Below, one piece after another: positions 21,446 through 30,484 of a stretch of DNA of 64,000 bases. Origin of the DNA: Nitrospirota bacterium (GTDB taxonomy: Bacteria; Nitrospirota; Nitrospiria; Nitrospirales; Nitrospiraceae); NCBI GenBank assembly GCA_963703955.1, contig CAVPGK010000012.1, positions 147,039 to 211,038 on the forward strand. The letters run 5' to 3'. The translations under genes and the position numbers were made by a program. The notes beneath the pieces are model-generated. The model ran no database searches. It worked only from the letters and a program-made list of their open reading frames with translations, and had not been told where the DNA came from. Numbering within the stretch: the first letter of the stretch is position 1; every line of letters begins with the position of its first letter.

Positions 21446-22384
21446 ATGAATTGCGTCAAGTGTAAGATTAAAGCCGTCATCGGACTTCCCCGCCACAATG
21501 CCGCCTTTTGTAAAGACTGCTTTAACGGATTCGTGCACGATCAGGTTGCCCGCGCGATCAAGTCGGACCGGATGTTCGGCCCGAAGGATCGCATCTTGGT
21601 AGCGGTGTCCGGCGGGAAAGATAGCCTCGCGCTGTGGAATATTCTTCTGAAGCTCGGGTACCGAGCCGATGCCCTATACGTGGATCTCGGTATTCCCGGC
21701 TATTCGGAGAAGTCTCATGAGAAAGTCCGGGGGTTCGCCGAGACTATCGCGTGCGCTCACGGGGCCACGCTGCTCGTCCATACGGTGAAGGAGGAAGAAG
21801 GCGCCGGCATCAAGGAACTCGCCAACCTCCTTCACCGTCCCACCTGCTCGGCCTGCGGCACGATCAAACGCTATCAGTTCAATCGTGCAGCAGTCGAGCA
21901 GGCGTACGATGCGATGGCTACCGGCCACAACCTGGACGATGAGGCAGCTCGGCTCTTAGGCAATGTGCTGCGCTGGCAAACCGAGTATCTGGAAAAGCAG
22001 GGACCAAGCCTCCCCGCCTCCGTTGAAGGCTTCGCCAAGAAGGTCAAGCCGCTCTATCGGTTGTCGGAGCGCGAGATCGCGGCTTATGCCGTCCTCAACC
22101 GCATCGACTACATTGTCGAGGAGTGCCCCATGGCCAAAGGGTCAAAAATGTTGCTGTATAAGGAGGTGCTCAATCGCCTGGAAACGGAATCCCCGGGAAC
22201 GAAGCAGTCGTTCTATTGGGGTTTTCTGGACCAGCAAGCGAAGGGCCAGGCTGTTCACGGTTCGGTCACCGAGAAGGACCAGGCCGCGCTCCATCCCTGC
22301 GCCACCTGCGGCCAACCCACCACCGCCGATGTCTGCTCCTATTGTAGAATGATGGCGCGCGCCAGGGCGAGCGCTCACTCATGA
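21446..22384 (+). CDS. ttuA: tRNA 2-thiolation enzyme, TtuA/Ncs6 type
   Basis: N- and C-terminal Cys zinc fingers, PP-loop SGGKDS, CSAC, TGHNLDD and ECP. Confidence 0.8.
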   Translation: MNCVKCKIKAVIGLPRHNAAFCKDCFNGFVHDQVARAIKSDRMFGPKDRILVAVSGGKDSLALWNILLKLGYRADALYVDLGIPGYSEKSHEKVRGFAETIACAHGATLLVHTVKEEEGAGIKELANLLHRPTCSACGTIKRYQFNRAAVEQAYDAMATGHNLDDEAARLLGNVLRWQTEYLEKQGPSLPASVEGFAKKVKPLYRLSEREIAAYAVLNRIDYIVEECPMAKGSKMLLYKEVLNRLETESPGTKQSFYWGFLDQQAKGQAVHGSVTEKDQAALHPCATCGQPTTADVCSYCRMMARARASAHS

Positions 22385-22494
22385 TCGTGTGGGGAATCGT
22401 CCGCTGCAGGCCGCTCACCTGTGGGCGCGTACCAGTTGAAATACACCTCGCGGACTCCGTAAGCTCTCAATACGATTACTCAGGTTGAGGTACC

Positions 22495-23541
22495 ATGGCC
22501 ACGACTGAACGCGATTATTATGCCGTCTTGGGGGTTTCCCGGACGGCGACACAGGATGAGATCAAGAAAGCCTTCCGCCGACTGGCCCGCCAGTACCATC
22601 CGGACCTCAATACCGGCCCACGCAAAGCCGAAATGGAGAAGAAGTTCAAAGAGCTGAATGCAGCCCATGAGGTCCTCGCCGACCCTGAGACGCGGAAAAA
22701 ATACGATCAGTACGGTCATCGGTGGCAAGACGCGGAGGCGTATGAAAAGGCCCGCCGGCAAGCCGGAGCCGGCGGGGGAATGGGCGGCGGATTTGCCACC
22801 GAGGAGGCCCAGGATTTCACCGATGTGTTCGAATCGCTGTTCGGCCGGCGCGGGCGCCCTGGCGGCGGCACCGGCTTTCAGGGATTTTCACAGGGATTCG
22901 CCGTTCCGGGGGAAGATCTCGAAACAACCGTCCGGCTAACCCTACGTGAGGTCCTGACCGGCGTCACGCGCCGCATTCAACTGTCTGAACCCGTGACCTG
23001 TAGGACCTGCGGGGGCACGGGCAGACAAAAAGGCCGGTTCTGCCCGACCTGCGCAGGTACCGGGAGCACATCCGAGACTCGCACCATCGATGTGAAGATC
23101 CCAGCCGGTGTCCAAGATGGGACTCGCGTCCGCGTCCCCGGCAAGGGCGGCTCAGGACAGAACGGCGGCAAACGCGGCGATGTGTATCTCCATGTGCAGG
23201 TGGAGTCGGATGCCGTGTTCCGCCGCCAGGGGAGCGACGTACTTGTGACCCTCCCCGTCTGGCCCTGGGAAGCAGCTCTGGGTGCCGAGGTTCTAGCCCC
23301 GACCCTGACCGATCCGGTACGGGTCAAGGTGCCTCCCGGCAGCCGAGCCGACGGGAAACTTCGGTTGAAAGGGAAAGGCCTGCCGACCGCCTCCGGTGCG
23401 CCTGGAGACCTGTTCTTCACCCTGCAGATCGTGATGCCGGCTTCCCTTTCCGACGAGGACCGCAAGTTGTATGGCCAGCTTGCACAGGCGCCTCATCCGG
23501 ATCCTCGGGCGGAACTGCTACGTCAAGCCAGCCGCGTATGA
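22495..23541 (+). CDS. DnaJ/CbpA-like chaperone with a short zinc finger
   Basis: J-domain with HPD, G/F region, only two CxxCxGxG repeats, DnaJ C-terminal domain. Confidence 0.88.
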   Translation: MATTERDYYAVLGVSRTATQDEIKKAFRRLARQYHPDLNTGPRKAEMEKKFKELNAAHEVLADPETRKKYDQYGHRWQDAEAYEKARRQAGAGGGMGGGFATEEAQDFTDVFESLFGRRGRPGGGTGFQGFSQGFAVPGEDLETTVRLTLREVLTGVTRRIQLSEPVTCRTCGGTGRQKGRFCPTCAGTGSTSETRTIDVKIPAGVQDGTRVRVPGKGGSGQNGGKRGDVYLHVQVESDAVFRRQGSDVLVTLPVWPWEAALGAEVLAPTLTDPVRVKVPPGSRADGKLRLKGKGLPTASGAPGDLFFTLQIVMPASLSDEDRKLYGQLAQAPHPDPRAELLRQASRV

Positions 23542-23736
23542 ATGAGGCGTCGGCTGAGAAGAGATGCAGGGGCGAGGAGGTTTGATAGGCTCGCTGTCGA
23601 TGGAGGTGACCGTCCAGTTCACCTTGAATAATAGAAACCGAATGAGAGTTGTTGGTCCCCTGAAGGTCATCTTCTCGTCTCGCTGTGGGTCATGATAGAG
23701 TAATAGTCGATCACTCACTACCCGAAGAAGGAGGAC

Positions 23737-24339
23737 ATGATGAGCACTAGATGTGGACGCATCTTGGCCCTGGCCATCGGAGCCTTGTTCCTGTTCGCGC
23801 TCAGCCTGCAGCCCGCATGGGCCGATCCCGATTCGAAAGGAAAAGAATCCGGTCACGACCGGGGCTACGGGAAAGAAGGGTACGGCGGCCATGGGATGGG
23901 CATGGGTATGGGCATGATGATGCATGGCAGCACGAGCCATCTTCTCCGTCACATGCTCAAGCATGAGAAGGAAATCGGCCTCAAAGAAGATCAGGTCGCC
24001 AAGCTGAAAGAAATGCAACTGAACCTGGATAAGACCCGCATCAGGGCTGAAGCCGACATCATGATCGCCCAACGCGAAATCAAGGCCATGGTTGAGGATG
24101 AAAAGTCCGACCTCTCGGCGATCGAAGCCAAGCTGAAGCAGAGCGGGGACATGGAAGTCGCGCTGCGCATGGCCGCGATCAAGACCCGCCGGGATGCCAT
24201 GGCGCTTCTGACCCCGGAACAACGCGAAAGGCAGAAGGCCGAGCATGAGAAGATGATGGAGCAGCACAGGAGTATGGGCGTGCAAGGCGACGGCTATAAA
24301 GAACGGCATAAGAAGGACGATGCAAAAGAGAAGAGCTAG
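23737..24339 (+). CDS. Periplasmic Spy/CpxP-like His/Met-rich protein
   Basis: Signal peptide, GMGMGMGMMMH, IGLKEDQ and LLTPEQR; AGGAGG RBS. Confidence 0.75.
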   Translation: MMSTRCGRILALAIGALFLFALSLQPAWADPDSKGKESGHDRGYGKEGYGGHGMGMGMGMMMHGSTSHLLRHMLKHEKEIGLKEDQVAKLKEMQLNLDKTRIRAEADIMIAQREIKAMVEDEKSDLSAIEAKLKQSGDMEVALRMAAIKTRRDAMALLTPEQRERQKAEHEKMMEQHRSMGVQGDGYKERHKKDDAKEKS

Positions 24340-24355
24340 GAAAGGGAGGGCTCAC

Positions 24356-24718
24356 ATGAAATTCGTCGGAATCGCAACCGCGCTGGTCACAGGATCAATC
24401 TTGGCCTTCAGCGTCCCCGCATGGAGTGACGACAAAGGCAAGAAGCACGAGGAGGAAGAAGGCCATGTTGCCGACATGGTCAAGGACGCCAAGATTACGA
24501 TCGACCAGGCGATCAAAACCGCCTCGGACAAGGTCCAAGGGACCGTCGTCGAAGCCGAATTGGAGAAGAAGCACGGCAAGACCGTCTGGGAAGTCGAGGT
24601 AGTCGGCAGTGATGGGAAGGTCACGGAAGTGCACATCGACGCCGGATCGGGTGATGTGATCGACACGGAGGCCAAGACGGACGAAAAGAAGAAGGAGCAC
24701 AAGAAGGGCAAGAAGTAA
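24356..24718 (+). CDS. PepSY-domain exported protein
   Basis: Signal peptide; AKITIDQAIKTA..GTVVEAELE..WEVEV..VHIDAGSG. Confidence 0.8.
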   Translation: MKFVGIATALVTGSILAFSVPAWSDDKGKKHEEEEGHVADMVKDAKITIDQAIKTASDKVQGTVVEAELEKKHGKTVWEVEVVGSDGKVTEVHIDAGSGDVIDTEAKTDEKKKEHKKGKK

Positions 24719-24888
24719 GCGGCCGGTCCTGCTACTGAGTCTGCGTGCGGAGCGCGTATTCCAACCTCGCACGCAGACTCCTCTCTCCTGACATCCCTCT
24801 CCTCTCCGGCAGTTGCGCTCTCACCGAGGAAGATGATAAGACACCACAGGCTGCTGATTGCCCCCGAACTGTCAGCAAGAAGACGGCG

Positions 24889-26567
24889 ATGCACATCGAT
24901 CCGAAGCACAAGAGTCATGACCTGACCGACGGCCCCGGCCGCGCGCCGGCCCGCGCCATGCTCAAAGCCGTGGGGTTCACCGATGACGATCTCGCGCGCC
25001 CGTTGGTCGGCGTGGCCAACACCTGGATCGAGGTCATGCCGTGCAACTATCACCTCCGCCGGCTTGCTGAGAAGGTGAAGGCCGGCATCCGCGCCGCCGG
25101 CGGCACGCCGATCGAGTACAACACCATCGCGGTGTCGGACGGCATCTCAATGGGCACGGAAGGAATGAAGGCCTCGCTCATCAGCCGTGAGGTGATCGCG
25201 GATTCGATTGAGTTGGTCGCGCGCGGACATTTGTTCGACGCGGTTGTAGCCTTGTCCGGCTGCGACAAGACGATCCCGGGCACCGTCATGGCGCTGGCAC
25301 GCTTGAACGTCCCGTCCCTGATGCTGTACGGCGGCTCGATCATGCCGGGCCGGTTCCAAGGTCACGACGTCACGATCCAGGACGTATTCGAAGCGGTCGG
25401 CAAGCACGCCGCCGGCAAGATGAGCCGATTCGGAACTGCAAAGATCTGGAAGACCACGCCTGCCCGGGACCCGGGCGCCTGCGGCGGGCAGTTCACCGCC
25501 AACACGATGGCGATTGCATTCGAATTTCTGGGCATCTCGCCGATGGGGAGGAACGGCGTGCCGGCCATGGACAAGCATAAGGATGAGGTGGCGTTCCAAT
25601 GCGGCCAGATGGTGATGGACCTGTTGAAGAAGGATCTTCGTCCGTCGCCAGATCATCACCCGGAAGTCGCTGGAGAACGCGATCGCCGCCGTGGCGACCA
25701 CCGGCGGCTCGACGAATGCCGTGCTGCATTTGTTGGCCATCGCGCGGGAAGCCGGCATGAAGTTGACGCATCGACGACTTCGACAAGATCAATCGGAAAG
25801 TCCCGTTGCTCGCCGACCTCAAGCCCGGCGGGCGATTCATGGCCGCCGATCTCTTTACGGCCGGTGGCACGACGCTGGTTGCGAAACGACTATTGGATGC
25901 CGGAATCCTGCATCCCGGCCAGCCGACGGTTACCGGGCGGACGATTGGCGAAGAAGCGAAACAGGCCATCGAGACGCCAGGACAACACGTGTTGCGGCCT
26001 CTTTCCAATCCCATCAAGACGACCGGCGGCCTGGTCATCCTCAAAGGCAACCTCTCGCCGGAAGGCTGCGTGGTAAAAGTGGCAGGTCATTCCATGATCA
26101 CGTTCCGTGGTCCGGCCAAGGTCTATGACCGGGAGGAAGACGCGTTTGCCGCCGTCAAATCTGGACAGATCAAGGCCGGCGACGTCGTCGTGATTCGTTA
26201 CGAGGGTCCCGCGGGTGGACCGGGCATGCGCGAGATGCTGGGGGTGACCGCCGCCATTGTCGGAGCAGGACTCGGAGACTCCGTCGCCCTGCTTACGGAC
26301 GGCCGCTTCTCCGGCGCCACGCACGGATTGATGGCCGGCCACGTCGCGCCCGAAGCCGTGAAGGGTGGTCCCATCGCTGCGGTCAAAGACGGCGACATGA
26401 TCTCATTCGACATCCCCGACCGTAAGCTGGACGTTGAATTGACCCAGAAGGAAATCAAGTCCCGACTCAAGAAGGTGAAACTGCCCGTTCCGCGCTACAC
26501 TTCCGGCGTCATGGCGAAATACGCCCGCCACGTGTCGTCGGCGTCGGAAGGAGCTGTGACAAGCTAA
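24889..26567 (+). CDS. ilvD: Dihydroxy-acid dehydratase with five apparent single-base insertions
   Basis: [37 protein letters not shown] and TDGRFSG spread over three frames. Confidence 0.9.
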
Positions 26568-26739
26568 AAGCTATTTCGAAGTGCGGGGCTCAATCCCTCC
26601 AACCGCTCGAAGAGATTTCGGGTTCTGGTGGGCGTGCACAAACTTGGCGCTTCGAGCCGTCGCGTCGTGGACCATTCGGAATTCCTTCGCGGGCTCAGTC
26701 TGGTGAGGTTTCGAACCAAGAAAAGAACGAGGAAGTGAT

Positions 26740-26778
26740 AAAAAAGCGGGCGGCTTCTTCCGGAAGAAACCGCCCGCT
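26740..26778 (-). terminator. Rho-independent terminator
   Basis: Minus strand AGCGGGCGG-TTTCTTC-CG-GAAGAAG-CCGCCCGCT followed by a T run (A6 at 26740-26745 on +). Confidence 0.8.
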
Positions 26779-27173
26779 CTCGGCACTTGCGATGCCTGAA
26801 ACCTTTACGCTCTTTTAAAAGACCCACCGTTCAGCGGAAGGTTAACCTCTGATCCTTTTCGGACTGAGTGTCTCAAAGCCTCTTCAGGGTTCTCGTTATG
26901 TGAGGCTCCTGCCGCCTCATAAACCCTCATGAACCAGGTCTACATGTGACCGTTTGTGCCTATCGGCACTCTGGAGGTTCTTGAGGCCAGCGCATTGACT
27001 CTGAACAAAGAGCCGAGTTGCAGACGAGAGGCTCCTCTACGCCGTCAGTGGGCCATGCAGGTCAGGTGGAGTCAGGTCTTCCATACAAGACCTCCTCTTG
27101 TTAAACCCCCGGGGCTTCCTGATGGGCGCGCTCCATCGATCTCCCCCTGCACCTCCTCCAATTGATTCGGCGC
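26740..27173 (-). ncRNA. Candidate large structured non-coding RNA (about 435 nt), family not recognised
   Basis: Bounded by a TTGACA-N18-TAGGAT promoter and a strong terminator; the ATG ORFs found by eye are only 11, 15 and 41 codons; many nested helices. Confidence 0.55.
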
Positions 27174-27179
27174 AAACCC

Positions 27180-27209
27180 ATCCTAGTCTTCTCCGTTTGG
27201 ATCTGTCAA
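27180..27209 (-). promoter_or_regulatory. Sigma70-type promoter
   Basis: TTGACA (27209-27204), 18-nt spacer, TAGGAT (27185-27180); the same TTGACA-N18-TAnnnT layout occurs at 53243-53272 and 55750-55779. Confidence 0.6.
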
Positions 27210-27283
27210 TACGCATAAACGGTCCTATGGAACGCCCTCATGATCAAGCCCGGCTCAGCAAACTTCTCGCCACCGGTGGGTCC

Positions 27284-27706
27284 TTACGAGGTGATGTATT
27301 TCTCCAGGTGCCCGATCAACTCTTCCTTCTCATCCAACATCAACGCAACCATGTCCCGCAGGGAGACGATTCCAAGGAACTCATCGCCGTTGAAGACCAA
27401 CAGGTGTCGGCATCTGTGCTCCTTCATCAGATTGAGACAGTGACCGGCGGTATCCTTAGGACCGACCGTTATCAAGTTTTCTGTCATCACGTCTTTGATC
27501 TTGACCTTTTCCGGATCTTTCCGCCTTCCGACGACTTTCATCATCAGATCCCGCTCCGTGAAAATCCCGATGATTTTGGAAGAGCGCGTGACTACCACCG
27601 ATCCGATGAATTCCTCCGTCATCACCATCGCCGCCTCTATCGCCGATCTATTTTCGTCGATCGTTGCAACCTTCCGTATCACCTTTAGTGAAATGTCTCT
27701 GCTCAT
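27284..27706 (-). CDS. Stand-alone tandem CBS-domain protein
   Basis: IGSVVV..GIFTERDL and RHLLV..GIVSLRD; GGAGGAGG RBS. Confidence 0.88.
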   Translation of the reverse strand: MSRDISLKVIRKVATIDENRSAIEAAMVMTEEFIGSVVVTRSSKIIGIFTERDLMMKVVGRRKDPEKVKIKDVMTENLITVGPKDTAGHCLNLMKEHRCRHLLVFNGDEFLGIVSLRDMVALMLDEKEELIGHLEKYITS

Positions 27707-27831
27707 GGCTTCCTCCTCCTTATGTGATCTAAAAATGAGTAAGGAGCCCCCCTGAACCAAATACTCAGAAAGAAACTGATACCTCGGACCGACATCCTAT
27801 CCTACGCGGGTCGATGCGGGCATGGTTCGGG

Positions 27832-28692
27832 CTATGATGCGCTCAAGGCATGGATGTCGTTGATCAGATCTTGCAACTTCGTCAGCGTACGAGCGCGCTG
27901 CTGTGGGGTCAGCATGTGATCGACGGCAATCACCATCTCTTTCACCGCGCTTCTCATGTCCTCCAAGGCGTGCTGGTATTGTGACGGATGACTCCTCTCG
28001 GGAAAGACCAGCCAATCTTGCAGCCGCTGCGAAACGATGTGAGGATCCCGAGTCGACCGGAGCAATTGCAAGATTTCCTGCTGTCGGAATTTCTGATAGT
28101 CCAGCCACGTCCTTTCGGTGTCGGGCAAGGCCCGGCTCAACTGTGTGATGCGCTGCTTCTGTTCCGCCGTCAGCGACCCGAACCAATCTTTGAGCCAATC
28201 TATCGTGGCTACCGCGCGCTTGGCCAACCGTTTCTGGGTCTCTTCCTTTGCGAGACGGTCTGCCTTTTCATTGTCGTCTCGAAACGCTTCTTCTAAATTC
28301 CGCACCTGCTGTTCATTCACCGAGGTTAAAAACACTGCAGAGTCACCTACGATTCGCTCAAAGAAATCCGCGCGCAACTGCTGATAGGTCTCGAAGATCC
28401 AGTCAACCTCGTCGCGATTCAAGCCGTCAGAACTCCTTGATTTAACTTCGTTCAAAAACCGTTCATAGACGGGAAGCGCCTCGAAGCGATGCCGAGCAAG
28501 GAGTCCTTTTAAGCGCCCGCGCAGAAAGGTTTTCTGATCCTTCGTCAGGTCAAAATAGTGGTCCGCCTTCCAGAGCACGAGCCAGTCCGCGTTTCGGTAG
28601 GCCAAGGTCGGCGTGCAGCTGATAAGCAGCCCTACCAGTAGCCATGCCAGCGTCAGCCGAGCTATTCTTGCGTCACGCCCCAATGGTTTCAT
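27832..28692 (-). CDS. Lipoprotein, DUF6279-like
   Basis: Lipobox LLISC; LAYRNADWL..YFDLT..Q, WFGSLTAEQ and LTPQQR. Confidence 0.7.
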   Translation of the reverse strand: MKPLGRDARIARLTLAWLLVGLLISCTPTLAYRNADWLVLWKADHYFDLTKDQKTFLRGRLKGLLARHRFEALPVYERFLNEVKSRSSDGLNRDEVDWIFETYQQLRADFFERIVGDSAVFLTSVNEQQVRNLEEAFRDDNEKADRLAKEETQKRLAKRAVATIDWLKDWFGSLTAEQKQRITQLSRALPDTERTWLDYQKFRQQEILQLLRSTRDPHIVSQRLQDWLVFPERSHPSQYQHALEDMRSAVKEMVIAVDHMLTPQQRARTLTKLQDLINDIHALSAS

Positions 28693-29269
28693 GGGAATCA
28701 CTCAGACGGCCCGGTGCCAGCAGGCTCATTGAACGCTCAAGGTCATCGGTGATGCATTGGGTTCCCACCTGACCATGATCAGTATGATGTCCCATAGCGT
28801 CTGGTTCCTTGCATGGAGTTGATCATCAGCATACCTCTTGAAGGAGCCGAAATAAAGTCATTAGGCGGCGATCGACCTGACAGGTTGGGGAAAAATACAT
28901 CTCCAGGGTAATGGCCCTTGCTGTCGTCTTGGGTCTATAATTAACATTTTGCCGCCGGTATTCCGTGGGATTGATTCAGCAGACCGAATGGGATGTTCCG
29001 AGGAAATCGGAACGATTCCGCACCGGGAGATCAAATTAGTCAACAGGACCTCTGGTCACGCGACTCATAGGTTCACACCTGAAACGGGGTGCGTTCGAGA
29101 ACCACTTTGATCCTTCCACATTTACACTCAACGGACGGGGACTGGTTCTGTGTTCCTATTGAGCTGGATAGGATCGGCAAGTAGCAAGATTGATCACGGG
29201 TCGACCGGAAAACTTCGGAGTCTCACCGCTCAATGCTAAGACTAGGAGAAGCGGAGGGAGGTGATTCCA

Positions 29270-29434
29270 ATGCCCATGTATGAATACAAATGCTTGGATT
29301 GCGGCAAAGAATCTCTGCTGAGCCTGAGTCTCAAAGAGCATGAAACCGGAGCGCCGGTCTGCCCCTCCTGCAAGAGCAAGCGGATGGAGCAATTGCTCAC
29401 AAGCGTGATGGCCAAGACGAGCCGCAAGAGCTGA
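29270..29434 (+). CDS. FmdB-family zinc-ribbon protein (54 aa, below the ORF-track cut-off)
   Basis: MPMYEYKCLDCG..CPSCKSK..TSRKS*; GGAGGTG RBS. Confidence 0.85.
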   Translation: MPMYEYKCLDCGKESLLSLSLKEHETGAPVCPSCKSKRMEQLLTSVMAKTSRKS

Positions 29435-29475
29435 TGTACTTGGTACTAACCTGGAGCGCGCCCCCAGGGGATCGG

Positions 29476-30246
29476 CTACACCACACCGGAATAATATCGC
29501 AAGACATTCGAAACGGAAAGGACGCCCACGATTGCCCCGTTCTCGGTAACCGCGAGATGACGGGTCGCTTTGTCCTTCATCAAGCGCACCGCTTCAATGA
29601 TCGGCTGACTGCTTTCTATGGTAACCGGCGGTGTTCGCATGCAAGACTTGACGCGTGTGGTTGATGGGTCAAGCCCGCGCGCCACCACTTCTCTGGCGAG
29701 TTCGGTATCCGTGATGATTCCCACGTACTCATCACCGTCCGCAACCAACACCGACCCGATCTTCCACTCCTGCATCATACGACTGACCTGCTTCAGAGTT
29801 GCATCCGAAGGGACACTTCGAATTTCCGGCGACATGTGATCAGCGATCTGAGGACCGATCACGAGACTCGGCCCCTTGTGTGGCTTCGTCGCAACTGACG
29901 CCCGGCGCGCTTCCAGTTCCGCGACACAGCTCTCCAGGACGCGTCTTCGGAGATGGAGACTCCCATGATTCATCTCCTGCGTCATTTCTTCCTGTGCTTC
30001 CTCCGGTAAGTTGATCAGGCTCGATGATTCTCCAAGCTCGGCATTTTGATAGGCATCCAGCAATTCAGAGCTCTCGCCGAAGACCTCAGTGATCAGTCGT
30101 TCCGTCTCCAGGTCAAATGCTTCGAGTGCCAAAGCCATATCACCCTTCATGAGTAAGGGAGCCAAGCGTCCATGCTGCCGTCGCAGCCGGTCGATGTTCC
30201 GGTCCAGAGACCATCCACGCGTCCGTGGGGCTGTCGTCTCTTGCAT
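29476..30246 (-). CDS. CBS-domain protein with an N-terminal helical extension
   Basis: IGSVLV..GIITDTEL and RHLAV..GVLSVSN; GGAGGTG RBS. Confidence 0.8.
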   Translation of the reverse strand: MQETTAPRTRGWSLDRNIDRLRRQHGRLAPLLMKGDMALALEAFDLETERLITEVFGESSELLDAYQNAELGESSSLINLPEEAQEEMTQEMNHGSLHLRRRVLESCVAELEARRASVATKPHKGPSLVIGPQIADHMSPEIRSVPSDATLKQVSRMMQEWKIGSVLVADGDEYVGIITDTELAREVVARGLDPSTTRVKSCMRTPPVTIESSQPIIEAVRLMKDKATRHLAVTENGAIVGVLSVSNVLRYYSGVV

Positions 30247-30484
30247 ACATCACCTCCGCGGTTTTGCCACGAGGATACTCTTTTCGGAGGACGATGGGCA
30301 AGGGGGAAAAGTAGCAGGGGAATGCCTGGTTTTACCTGGGGAGATGGTTCACGAACGTACGGACATGAGCATGAAGACGGTTCGATTTTCCTCGATAGCC
30401 TCAAGGGAAGTGGGGAGTATCACGCTGGAAGTCCTTGAAGCCGGACCGAATTCATGCAATCGAGTAGATTGGTCCCTGGTTGGT

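Noticed and set aside
22495..23541. DnaJ with only two CxxCxGxG repeats as a novel architecture
   Set aside because: Truncated zinc-finger DnaJ/CbpA-like variants are common
26701..26720. GGTTCGAAACCTCACCA on the minus strand, like a tRNA/tmRNA 3' end or att site
   Set aside because: No acceptor stem or cloverleaf, no second copy seen, no integrase in the window
26838..26935. CTGAAGA..GAAA on the minus strand, resembling a hammerhead ribozyme core
   Set aside because: No UH cleavage site or stem III partner at the required position; stem II is poor
27098..27688. 196-aa + strand ORF overlapping the RNA candidate's promoter
   Set aside because: TTG start, mostly antisense to the CBS gene, no family features
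29040..29105. GAAA-looped stem reminiscent of a c-di-GMP-I riboswitch
   Set aside because: Lacks the GGCAAA and GACGCAAAG conserved segments
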